Positions 30,895 through 41,394 of a stretch of 64,000 bases of DNA are shown here, in pieces; within the stretch, counting starts at the first letter, position 1; every line of letters begins with the position of its first letter. The notes beneath the pieces are model-generated. The model did no database searches and was not told the DNA's origin. It saw nothing but the letters and a program-made list of their open reading frames with translations. A program made the position numbers and the translations under genes. Where the stretch lies: NCBI GenBank assembly GCA_963823665.1, contig CAWGMQ010000007.1, positions 832,001 to 896,000 of the forward strand. The letters run 5' to 3'. This DNA comes from an uncultured Planctomycetota bacterium. GTDB lineage: Bacteria > Planctomycetota > Planctomycetia > Isosphaerales > Isosphaeraceae.

Positions 30895-33800
30895 ATGATT
30901 CGCAAGCTTATCGCGTGGGCTCTCGACAACCCGCTCGTGGTCATCCTCCTCGCCATCTTTCTGGCGGCGATCGGCGTCAGCTCGTTCTTGAACGTCAACG
31001 TCGAAGCCTATCCCGACCCCGCTCCGGCCATCGTCGAAGTGCTCGCTCTCTTCCCCGGCGCATCCGCCGAGGAGGTCGAGCGCCAGGTCACCGTCCCCCT
31101 CGAGGTGACGTTCTATTCCATGCCCGGGCTGAAGAAGATCAACAGCAAATCGCTCTTCGGCCTCTCCGACCTCAAGATGACCTGGAACTACGGCAGTGAG
31201 TTCACGTACCAGACGGCCCGCCAGGAAGTGATCAACCGCATCGCCACGATGTCCCAGCCGCTGCCGGCCAACGTGACGCCGGTGATCTCCCCGGAATCAC
31301 CCACCGGCGAGATCTTCCGCTACGTCCTCAAAGTCCCCAAGGAAAAGTCCGGCAAAGAGGTCTACACGCTCAACGACATCAAGGCCATGCAGGACTGGGT
31401 GCTGGAGCGTGAGTTCCGGAAGGTGCCGCGGATCGTGGACATCACGAGCTTTGGGGGCACAGTGCGGCGGTACGAGGTTCAGCCCGACCCCGACCGACTG
31501 AGGCGCTACGGCATCACCCTGCCTCAGCTCCAGGCGACCCTGAACAACGCCAACGCCACGGTGGGCGGCGACTACATCAACCCGGGTCAGGTTGCCATGA
31601 CGGTTCGGAGCGTCGGGCTCTTCGGCGGCGCTCTCGACCCGGTGAACAAGGTCCTGGGGATGACGAACCCGACCGCCGCCGCCGCGACGCTCCGCGCAGA
31701 GGAAGTGCGGCGGATCATGGAAATCCGCAGCCTGGTGATCACGTCGATCAACAACCTGCCGATCCGCGTCGAAGACGTGGTCGAGGGGGGACGGCTGCTG
31801 CCCGAGCAGTTGGCCGGGGAAAAAGGCGTGGTCGTTGCCTACCAGACCCGCCTGGGGCGGATCGGCTACTACAGCGCCGACCACGAGCGACCCTCCCAGT
31901 CACCCCTTTCTCTCAAGGACGTCGGCCACGACGACGACGATCGGGTGACGTGCATCGTCCTTCTCCGCAAAGGCGAGGAGACGTGGCCGGCCCTCAAAGA
32001 TGTCGAGGCAAAGGTCAAGGAGCTCAATAAACCCACAGCGGGCCGGATGTTGCCAGGCACCAAGATCGAGCCGTATTACGACCGCACCGACTTGCTGCAC
32101 CTCACCACCGAGACCGTGACGGAAAACCTCATCCTGGGAATCGTGCTGGTCATTGGCATCCTTTTCATGTTCGTGAACAACATCAAGACCGCGATCATTG
32201 TCGCCATCAACATTCCGCTTGCGCTCTTGTTCGCATTCACGATGCTCTATGTGCGCGGCAAGTCGGCAAACCTGCTTTCGATCGGAGCGGTCGACTTCGG
32301 CATCATCGTCGATTCGTCCGTGGTGGTGGTCGAGAACATCTACCGCAACCTCGCCTCGAACAACCACGCCGATCTGCCCATCAAACAGCGGATCAATCTT
32401 TTCGTCCAGGAGATCGACCACGCGCTCTTGTATTCTGTGATGATCATGGTCTGCGCCTTCGTGCCGCTCTTTGCGATGACCGGCCCGGAGGGGCAGCTCT
32501 TCGGGCCCATGGCCCAGACTTACGCTTTCTCTCTGCTCGGTGCCCTTGTGCTGGCACTGACGCTGACGCCTGTGCTGTGCATGCTGCTCTTCAAGAAATT
32601 CAAGCCGGTCCAGGAGAACATCCTCGTCCGCGCACTCAAGTTCCGCTACTTGTGGAAGCTCCAGCTCTGCCTCAGGTTTCCCAAGACCACCTGCGTCGTC
32701 ATGGCGTTCTTGATCGGCGGCACGGCCTGCTTGATTCCGCAGCTAGGGCGTGAATTCATGCCGGAGCTGGAAGAGGGCAACTTGTGGCTCCGCGGAATCG
32801 GCCCGCTCAACATGAACCTCGACCATCAGGTGACGATCGCCAGGAAGGCTCGGGCGATCATCGCCAGCTATCCCGAGGTCGAGTCGATCGTGACGCAGAG
32901 CGGCCGGCCCGACGACGGGACCGACACCGAGGGCTTCTACAGCGGCGAGTATTTCGTCCCGCTGCGGCACCAGGAAGACTGGCCCAAGCTGGCGGAGCAG
33001 ACAGGCTGGCGGCGCTGGATCTGGGGACCGACCCGCTCGCGGTCGAAGAAAGAAATCGTCGCCGCGATGAACGCCGAGCTCGAGCGCTCGATCCCCGGCA
33101 TCGTCTGGAACTTCTCCCAGAACATCCGCGACAACGTGCTCGAAGCCCTCTCCGGGATCAAGGGGGACAACTCCCTCAAGATCTTCGGCCCGGACATCAA
33201 CGAGCTCGAGCTCCTCGCCACCAAGGCCAAGAATGCCCTCCAAAGTGTCCCGGGCATCGCCAACGTCGGCATCTTCCACGTCCGGGGCTCGTCGCACCTC
33301 GAGTTCCGCGTCGATCCCGAGAAATGCCAGAAATGGGGAGTCACGACGGCCGACATCAACAACGTCGTCTCGAGCGCCGTGGCCGCCAAGGCCATGTCGA
33401 GCATGGTCGAAGGCGAGAAGATCTTCGATATCTCCATTCGCTGGCCCAAGTGGCGCAGGACCGACGAGTCGTCGATCCTCGACATTCCGGTGGACGTCAT
33501 CAACAACCAGGTTGTGGTGGCACAGGGATCGGGCTTCACTCCCAACGCGGCCGGGCATGCGTTGCCTCCCCCATCGGTCGCCGGCAACCTGGCCAATGAC
33601 GCGAACCCAATCAGCAGCACCCCGCGAATCCGGTTGGGCGACCTGGTCACGCCGGTCGGGGCCGACTACAAGCCGGACCCCACCGGCAAGTTCAATCGAG
33701 CGGGTGCCTCCACCATCTATCGCGAGAACGGCAAGCGGATGATTGCCATCAAGTTCAGCGTGCGAGGCCGTGACCTGGGCAGCGCCGTCGACGAAGCCAA

Positions 33801-34397
33801 GGCGCAGACCATGGATATCTTCGAGATCCCGTACTCGGCAGTTTGGAGCGGCGAGTTCGAGCAGATGGAGGCAGCCAACGGCCGGCTGATGTGGATCATT
33901 CCCCTGTCACTGGCGCTGATCTTCATCCTCCTGTACGCGGCGTTCCGCTCGTTCCTGGACACGATCGTGATCTTCAGCAACGTGTTCGACGTGGCCGTGG
34001 GCGGCATCTGGTCGTTGTACCTGACGGGGACCAACTTCAGCGTCGCGGCGGCCGTAGGCTTCGTCTCGCTGTTTGGGATCGCCATCATGGAGGGCCTGCT
34101 CTTGATCTCGTATTTCAACGCGCTTCGCGCCAGGGTCTCGGTCTCCACGACGCCATCGTCCAGGGCTCTCTCAAGCGAGTGCGCCCGGTCATGATCACCG
34201 CCATGACCGCCATCCTGGGGCTATTGCCCGCGGCCCTGTCGACGAAGATCGGCGGCCAGACGGCTCAGCCCCTGGCCATCGTCGTCGTTGGCGGGATGAC
34301 CGTGACGCTCTTCCTGGACCGCTATCTCATGCCCGTGCTTTATAGCTTCTACGGTCACCGCGAGCCTCCGGCAGGGGGCGGGGGCATGGCCCATTGA
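30895..34397 (+). CDS. czcA: Heavy-metal RND efflux pump, CzcA/CusA family (frameshift near 34130)
   Basis: EAYPD, AEEVERQVT, SKSLFGLS, GAVDFGIIVDSSVVVVENI, GREFMPELEEG. The C-terminal RVRPVMITAMTAILGLLP is in a second frame. Confidence 0.9.
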
Positions 34398-34469
34398 GGT
34401 GGTCGGATCATCGCCCTGTTGAGTCGCGGTAACTCCCCTATTGACTGAGCGAGTTGATTGGAGCGGACC

Positions 34470-35249
34470 ATGCCCGGGATCCAGACGATTCTGCATCCGA
34501 GCGATTTTTCGGAGAACTCGCTGCCTGCCTTTGAGACCGCATGCGCACTGGCACGCGACTACAATGCGAGCCTGGTCGTTCTCCACGTCATGATCCCGTC
34601 CTCATCACCGTTCCTGGAAGGACCACCGCCGGATCCGCTCAGGTCGGCTGAATCCCAGGAGTCCGTGGCGCATTTGCCCTGGCCGCAGCCGGCGGGCCCA
34701 CCCATTCGAGTCGAGCATCGCGCGGCCGAAGGAGATGCTGTGGAGGAGATCATTCGCCTGGCGGAGGCGCTCCCGTGTGACCTTGTCGTCATGGGCACTC
34801 ACGGCAAGACCGGGTTGGGCCGGATTTTGACCGGCAGCGTGGCGGAGGGGGTCTTGCGCAGGGCCGGCTGCCCGGTGCTCGTGGTCAAAGCTCCGACAGG
34901 GACGCCGCGAGAAGCCGATACGAAACCGATCGCAAATCCTGGTGACATCATCAACGCGCGCCCTCTCGGGGCAGCGCTCCATTCGGCCCACAGCCAGACG
35001 CTGGTGCGCACTGCCTCGCTCGAAGTTGTTCGCTTGATCGTCCGAGCCGGCCAGGAAGTCCACGTGCACAAGGCCAATGGCGACCTGATCGTGCATTGCC
35101 TCGAGGGGAGCGTGGCCTGCACCGCGCTCGGCAAGACGGAGCTGCTCGAAGCGGGCAAGCTTCTGAGTTTATCAGCGGGCGAGCTGCACGCGCTCAAAGG
35201 GCTCATGGCTGCTTCTCTTCTCTTGACAATCGCGATCCCGAAATCCTGA
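34470..35249 (+). CDS. Universal stress protein fused to a cupin domain
   Basis: ILHPSDFS...DLVVMGTHGKTGLGRILTGSVAEGVLR..CPVLVV, then EVHVHKANG..VHCLEG...ELHAL. Confidence 0.88.
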   Translation: MPGIQTILHPSDFSENSLPAFETACALARDYNASLVVLHVMIPSSSPFLEGPPPDPLRSAESQESVAHLPWPQPAGPPIRVEHRAAEGDAVEEIIRLAEALPCDLVVMGTHGKTGLGRILTGSVAEGVLRRAGCPVLVVKAPTGTPREADTKPIANPGDIINARPLGAALHSAHSQTLVRTASLEVVRLIVRAGQEVHVHKANGDLIVHCLEGSVACTALGKTELLEAGKLLSLSAGELHALKGLMAASLLLTIAIPKS

Positions 35250-35287
35250 CGGGCTTCCGGCGGATCGGAAGTGGATCAAGGTGCTTT

Positions 35288-35767
35288 ATGATGCTCGCAA
35301 GAATCATCAGCGGCGGCGAAACCGGCGCAAATCAGTCAGGGTGGCGGGCCGCCAAAGCGTTTGGCGTCGCCACCGCCGGCTGGATGCACAAGGGGTTCCT
35401 GACCAATCAAGGGGCACACCCGGAGTTTGCCGAGGAATTCGCGGCGGCCGAGTTGCCCACGGACACCGAGCCCGCTCGCGCCGAATGCAACGTTCGCAAC
35501 TCGGATGCGACCCTCTGGTTCGGCGAGACCATGACCTCGATGGCTCAGGCGACGGTCGAGGCATGTCACCGGTTCGGCAAGCCATGCCTGCCGGTCTATC
35601 CCGGGGCCGCATTCGAGCCATCGCACGTCGCGGCGTGGATCGCAGAGAATCAGATCAGGACGTTGAACGTGGCCGGCAATTGTGAGATCGAGGAGCCCGG
35701 CATCGGCAATCGCGTCGAACAGTTCCTCGGGAAGGTCCTGGAGCAGCTTGGACACGAGCGAGCCTGA
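35288..35767 (+). CDS. cpYpsA/SLOG ('putative molybdenum carrier') family protein
   Basis: RIISGGETGA, AGWMHKGFLT, NVRNSDATLWF, IRTLNVAGN. Confidence 0.85.
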   Translation: MMLARIISGGETGANQSGWRAAKAFGVATAGWMHKGFLTNQGAHPEFAEEFAAAELPTDTEPARAECNVRNSDATLWFGETMTSMAQATVEACHRFGKPCLPVYPGAAFEPSHVAAWIAENQIRTLNVAGNCEIEEPGIGNRVEQFLGKVLEQLGHERA

Positions 35768-35865
35768 CCCTGTTCCGGCGCTCGCGGCCGGCAGCAAGAG
35801 CCGCACCCTGGTCCTCCCCCCAAGTGTGGTGTCACCGCGAGCAACGTCTTTGCGGCCAAAGAGGG

Positions 35866-36264
35866 TCAATCCCTCTCTTCCTGGTAGCGTTTCAGACGCC
35901 CAACGCCGGTGTCGGAGTGCACCAGTTCGCGATCTGCATCCTGGGGATGCCAGCCGACCAAGAATGAGTGCGAAGTCGTCGCAGTGCCATCGGTGTTGGC
36001 AGCCGCATTGGCTTCGGGATCGACATGTCGCTGGCGGCTGGCCATCTCCCAGAAGCCGGGATGGCCGTCGGGATCGGAGGATTCCACCACGTCGATGACG
36101 CGCTGGACTTCCGCCGACTCGCCCGCCGCGACGCCGACCGCAAGTCTGAAAATCCCGCGCGTATGGGCCTCGATCCGGCCCGGATCGATCCCCGCCAGAA
36201 CCAACCACCGCCTCGCACGCGCGAGCGTTTCGACGTGCGCAAACTGATGTGTCACGTACCGCAT
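35866..36264 (-). CDS. Hypothetical protein
   Basis: Strong RBS (AGGAGG) before the ATG; protein-like composition (HQFAHVETLARARRWL, GFWEMA, VGWHP). Confidence 0.72.
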   Translation of the reverse strand: MRYVTHQFAHVETLARARRWLVLAGIDPGRIEAHTRGIFRLAVGVAAGESAEVQRVIDVVESSDPDGHPGFWEMASRQRHVDPEANAAANTDGTATTSHSFLVGWHPQDADRELVHSDTGVGRLKRYQEERD

Positions 36265-36443
36265 GATTTCTTCCCTCCTGATTTGATTGTTCGTGCACGT
36301 GGGTGAGCTGACATACCACGCTGGTCAGACGCACGTTGCCATTGCCGCGAGTTCCGCGAGCCCCGCGCAACATGAGTCAACGCGCACCGAAGGCGCACGA
36401 GATACCAGCCGCGGTTCCGAGACGCTGAGTCAGCCGAGCAGGA

Positions 36444-36914
36444 TCAACATCGGAGGGGGTGTTGTGACAGGGAGGGTGCGGAGCGGGTGTCAGTCCGGGC
36501 AGGTGCGGATTCGGCTCGGAGCATGATCCAGCAGCGACACGCATCCTGGAGTGAACCCGAGACCGGGCGATGCTTTTCGTCGTCGTCCTCGAGGTCGTCC
36601 GACGTCTTGCCGTCGCCGGGGTCTCGAGACGTCCCGTCATCGTTGGGGTCGTTCGAGCGTCCAAACTTGGGAATCGCTAACGGATGTTTGTGCACACCCA
36701 GAGGAAAGCCGCGCTCCGATCGAGGGCCGCACACCGCGCAGTCGGCGCCGGTTGCTTGGCAGGGGCCGTTCTCGTCGGTGATACCGCAGGCAGCGGCGTG
36801 GCCGCCGTTGCCGGGCATCTCGCGGGCAAATGCATCGGCTGTTGCCAGCATCGCCCACGCGATTGTGACGAGAGAAAGCCACCAGCGGTGCGCCGACCGA
36901 CGAGCGATGGCCAT
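36444..36914 (-). CDS. Small acidic protein B (signal, Cys cluster, NDPNDDGTSRDP, C-terminal HPLRC)
   Basis: Paralogue of 28225..28755; signal-like WWLSLVTIAWAMLATADAFA. Confidence 0.68.
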   Translation of the reverse strand: MAIARRSAHRWWLSLVTIAWAMLATADAFAREMPGNGGHAAACGITDENGPCQATGADCAVCGPRSERGFPLGVHKHPLAIPKFGRSNDPNDDGTSRDPGDGKTSDDLEDDDEKHRPVSGSLQDACRCWIMLRAESAPARTDTRSAPSLSQHPLRC

Positions 36915-36953
36915 GAAAATCCTCTGGCGAGGGTCTATGGAAAGGCTGTCGAT

Positions 36954-36983
36954 ATTTTAGAAACAATCCCCCAAATCATGCAA
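36954..36983 (-). promoter_or_regulatory. sigma70-like promoter
   Basis: TTGCAT-N18-TAAAAT on the minus strand, about 40 nt upstream of ATG 36914. Confidence 0.45.
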
Positions 36984-37107
36984 GCCCGTTAATTCAAACG
37001 TCCTTGAATTCTTCGAATGGAAGGATTAAGTTAAATTCACAAAGTCGGCCTGCTGCGGGGCCGAATACGAAGCACGAGCAAGCTTGGGCTGTGCCCGGGA
37101 ACGACAT

Positions 37108-37677
37108 GTGCGGAAGATGCTGATCCTGGGTTGTTTCGGAACTCTGAGCATGGCTGCGGGGACGGTCACTTCCGACGCACAATTGCAGGGGCGAGGGTCG
37201 GGGCGCGACACGTATGTCCAGGGCGACCTCGAATACCGCATCGTGCACATCAGACGTCACGCGGGCCGTTTCGGGCATACATTTTTTGCAACCGAAGCCG
37301 AGACTGTGCCCTACCTTTTTGTCGGGGAGCCGGGCTCGGGCGCAGCCGCCCCGGGCATGTTCACCGGCATCGCGGTCGTGGGGGTCGGCGTGAGCGGAGC
37401 CGAACAGAGGACCGCGGGTCATCCGGTGGGCCCCGCCAGCCACCCACAGGCGCACGTCTCAGTACGCGCCGAGCAGGGGGAGCCATCGACTTCGCAGCCG
37501 GCAGCGGCGGGCGCCGACGAATCGGACCGGACGGGCGGGGCCACGGCGCAGCCGGATCCCGGCGCCAGCCCGGTGTCACAGCGTCCCCCAGGGGCACTGG
37601 GCCCGGGCCGGCCGGTCTTTGGGTGGTCCGGCCCGGGGCTGCCAGGACCAGGACAAGCGGCAAGTCCTGGATCGTGA
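37108..37677 (+). CDS. Possible secreted Pro/Gly-rich hypothetical protein
   Basis: Signal-like RKMLILGCFGTLSMAAG; fills the gap between two genes; no recognisable domain. Confidence 0.35.
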   Translation: MRKMLILGCFGTLSMAAGTVTSDAQLQGRGSGRDTYVQGDLEYRIVHIRRHAGRFGHTFFATEAETVPYLFVGEPGSGAAAPGMFTGIAVVGVGVSGAEQRTAGHPVGPASHPQAHVSVRAEQGEPSTSQPAAAGADESDRTGGATAQPDPGASPVSQRPPGALGPGRPVFGWSGPGLPGPGQAASPGS

Positions 37678-37708
37678 GACGAGTGTTTCCCAGCCGATCC
37701 CCGGGCGA

Positions 37709-38533
37709 TCATTTCGCCTTGTCCGTTTGGAAGCGGACTTTGACGGGAACTTCTGCCCGCAACCGCTCCTGAGCATTGGCCACGCGGACCACGACCGGGA
37801 TGAGGCCGTTGGTGCGGTTGGCCACCTTCCCGAGGAAGACGATCTTCCCCGTGACGGCCGGCTCCGCCTTGCCGTCGAGCCAAATTTCGGCCGACTGGCC
37901 CACGGCGACCTGATCCGCCTGAGCGGGTGACAGCTCGCAGCGAACGTCGAGCTCGCGCAGATCGACGATTTCTCCCCAAACCAGGGAGCCCGGCCAGCTC
38001 ACGGTGCCCGGGCTGACATCCAGCCAGGCGATCTCGCCGTCGATCGCTGCGTTCACGGTATAGAGCTTGAGCTCGCTCGCGGCGAGGGAAAGCTCGGCTT
38101 CCGCGGCTGGCACCTGCGCTTCGTAGCTGAGCGCTATGGCGCGGATGTCGTTGTAGACGTTTTCAGGCATCGCCCCGGTGCTGTGGGACCGATCGGCGTT
38201 TTCGAGGTTCTTCCGGCTGTACTTGGCCTTCGCCTCAATGCTCTTCAGATCCTTTTCACGTGCCCGGACCTTGGCCTGGGGCTCGAGATCGTAGAGCTTG
38301 ATCAGCACCTGGCCTTTCGTCACGCGGTCGCCCGGCCCGACCAGCACCTCGACGACGGGACGCAAGATCGCGGGCGCAATGATTCCCCGGTGGGAAAGCA
38401 TGCAGCGCGTTCGCCCGACTACCTCCAGTGGTCCAGCCGGCCCCGGCTGTGCTGGTGCGCCGGGAGCGGCCAGCACGCAAACGGCCAGAGTTCCCGGAAT
38501 CAGCCCGCATGCCACGAGCACAAACATTTTCAT
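37709..38533 (-). CDS. Second efflux periplasmic adaptor (HlyD/MFP family)
   Basis: VEVLVGPGDRVTKGQVLIKL, coiled-coil hairpin, VNAAIDGEI, GKIVFL, ERLRAEV. Confidence 0.85.
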   Translation of the reverse strand: MKMFVLVACGLIPGTLAVCVLAAPGAPAQPGPAGPLEVVGRTRCMLSHRGIIAPAILRPVVEVLVGPGDRVTKGQVLIKLYDLEPQAKVRAREKDLKSIEAKAKYSRKNLENADRSHSTGAMPENVYNDIRAIALSYEAQVPAAEAELSLAASELKLYTVNAAIDGEIAWLDVSPGTVSWPGSLVWGEIVDLRELDVRCELSPAQADQVAVGQSAEIWLDGKAEPAVTGKIVFLGKVANRTNGLIPVVVRVANAQERLRAEVPVKVRFQTDKAK

Positions 38534-38737
38534 GACGCGATCTCCACTCGGTGCTGGACCGTACCGTACTGACCCCCGCGGGAGTCAGATTATACCTCCT
38601 GGCCGCCCAGGGCTCGCGGATTTGCCGTTGCCGTTACACCCGGACCATCGCCGCCCGGAATTGGCCGGAATTCCTCAAGAATACAGCCCGCATCGCCGAT
38701 AGCCCGGTGTAGGCACGACGGCAAGGAGGCAAAACGG

Positions 38738-38983
38738 ATGGGACGCAAAGACGCGGAAGTGCAAGAATGCCCGCAGTCAAAGCAGATCGGTGATTCACCC
38801 GGAAGCGTGAAAACCGTCAAGGTGACTCTCCATCTCACCGTCGGGACGGCTCAGCGCCTCGGCGTCGAGTCGGCGATGCGGCGGGTTTCGCAGTCAGCCA
38901 TCGCGGAAGAAGTTCTGGCGGCTTATCTGAGCCGCTGGCAGCTTCCCGCGGTACCCGACTCGCATCGGCTTGACGCGGGGTGA
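38738..38983 (+). CDS. Small ribbon-helix-helix-like DNA-binding protein
   Basis: AAGGAGG RBS; VKVTLHL strand followed by two predicted helices (TAQRLGVESAMRRVSQSAIAEEVLAAYL). Confidence 0.65.
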   Translation: MGRKDAEVQECPQSKQIGDSPGSVKTVKVTLHLTVGTAQRLGVESAMRRVSQSAIAEEVLAAYLSRWQLPAVPDSHRLDAG

Positions 38984-39135
38984 GACGACGGATTGCGAAC
39001 GAACGGAAAGATTGCTCGCGGTCTACGGAGTGGGTAAAGACGAGTGACGCCGAGCTCGGTTCAAATCGGGCCCAAACGGCATAACCGAATGTGGCGGCCT
39101 CAACTTTCTTGGCATTGGAGTAGGATGGCCCTGTG

Positions 39136-41378
39136 ATGTCGATGCGTTGGCCGGCACTGATCTGTGTCCTCTTGCTGCTGGGCGGCTGTCACGCGCCGCC
39201 CCTGCAGGAGATTGACCAGACCGTGTCAAACCTTGCCTCCCATCCCTGGGACGTGGCGCCGAGCTCACACTCGGAAGCCCGTCGACGCCGGTCCTCCCGC
39301 GGCCGGCGCGGCGCCCGCCGCCCGGGCCCCGAGCCAGGATGCCCCGCAAGCGTTGCCGCCGGCGGTGAACACTCAGCCGCCGCCGGTGAACGCCCAACCG
39401 GCGTCGCGGGTAAACGCCCAACCGGCGTCGCCGGTGAATGCCCCACCACCGTCCGCGGCTCGTGCGGCTCCCTCTGCCGCGGCCTCTGGCCGGCGTCTGG
39501 CTTATTCGCCGCCGCGAGATAACAACGTCAAACGGACCTCGTTCACTCAGCCCGAGACCACCACCCCTGACCAGGTAAAGCAGTCGCTCCAGAAGTTTGA
39601 GCTGAACATACCCAAGATCGTGCCGGGCTCGGAGACCCCGCTCGTCTCGCTGCCGCCCGACCGGGAGGACCCCCTTCGGCCGGCGGCGATCGCCCGGCTC
39701 TTTCCGAAACTGCCCGCACTGCCCGAGGAACCCGTGGAGCTGCCCGGGCCCGGCGAACGCCCGTACACCCTGGCAGACCTCCACAAGCTCGCGGCCGAAA
39801 ACAGCCCGGCCTTGCGCCAGGCCATTTCCGATATCGAAGCGGCCCGCGGCGTCTTGAAGCAGTCCGTCACCTATCCCAACCCGACGATTGGATTCGAGAC
39901 CAATCCCAACAACAACAACACGGGCTCGGCCACGATGGGGTTCTTCGTCGATCAGGTGGTCAAGACAGGGGGTAAGCTGACCCTGGCCGGGGCCGCGAAC
40001 TTGATGAACCTACGCACCGCGGAGCTGGCGCTGAAGCGGGCTCGCAGCGATCTGGCCACCACGATCCGCGGTGACTATTACACTCTGCTGGTCGCCAAGG
40101 AAACGGTGCGCGTCAACAAAGCGCTGGCCGACTTCACCGACCAGATTTTTCTGCTGCAAACCGACTTGCTGGCAGGTGGGTTCGCCGCCAGCCACGAGCC
40201 GGCGGCATTGCGGTCGCAGGCCTTCGTCGTTCGACTCGGCTATCAGCAAGCCATTGCCAACTACGTGATGGCCTGGAAGGAGCTTGTCGCGGACATGGGA
40301 CTCAAGCAGTTGCCGCTCAGCCAGGTCGAAGGCCAGGTCGATCGGCTCATCCCGTACTATGATTACGACCAGATTCTCGCCCACGTCCTCCATAATCACA
40401 CCGACATCCTAACTGCCGCGATTACGATCAAGGGATCCGACTACACCCTCAAGCTGGCCCAGGTCACTCCAGTTCCCGACGTCGAAGTGCGTGCCGACCT
40501 CTTCAAAGAGCACATGATTCAGCCCTTTCAGAACTACTTCATGGTCAGTCTCTCCATTCCATTTCCGGTCTGGGACCAGAACAAGGGAGCCATCCGAGCA
40601 GCCGCCGCTGCCAAAGTCCGTGCTCTCGAGGGACCGCACGCAGCCGAGGTGAACCTGACCACGAACCTGGCCACGGCTTATGCCACGTACCAGACCAACC
40701 TGTATTCCATGGACTATTACCGCCGTAACATTCTGCCCGATCAGGTGCGCTATTACCGGGGCGTCTTTGAACGGCGGCGGATCGACCCGGGAGTGGCCTT
40801 CGGCGACCTGGTGCAGGCCCAGCAGACTCTCGTCGCCGACGTCACCGCATACCTCGGAATATTGAATACACTCTGGACATCGGTGGTCAGCGTTGCCGAC
40901 TTTCTCGCAGACCGACGATCTCTTCCAGCTCGCCAAGCCCATGGAGCTGCCCAGCAATCCCATTATCGATGCACTGCACGAGTGGCCGTGTCCGCATCCT
41001 GAGCTGACAGTCGCGCCGGATGGCGTCCCAGCCCCCGTGGTGATTATTCCTCACGCGGGAGCGACGACCACTCCCGCGCAACTGATCCTCCGGCACCGGG
41101 CCAGGGAATCGCCAGGCCGAATCCGACGGTGGCGGTCGGTTCTTCCAATCGCGCGTCGGGACCCGGCCAGCCGGCTGCCGAGCCGGTTCGAGGGCCGGTT
41201 GTTTCCGAGCGTCCGTTCGCCGCTGCTTTTTCCGGGAACGCCGCTCGGCCAACCGACGGGAAGCCGGCGGGCATGTTCGAGTCGCCCTTTGCCGGTCCGA
41301 CTTCCGTGGCGGCCCGGCCGGTCGTGCAAGATTCCCGACCGTTTGCGACAGAACTGTTACGGCCATCGAGCACCGTAA
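39136..41378 (+). CDS. TolC/CzcC-family outer-membrane efflux lipoprotein (frameshifts near 39270 and 40905)
   Basis: Lipobox LLGGC, YTLADLHKLAAENSPAL, YPNP, SIPFPVWDQNKGAI; Pro-rich N- and C-terminal extensions. Confidence 0.85.
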
Positions 41379-41394
41379 GTTTATGGAGCTCACC

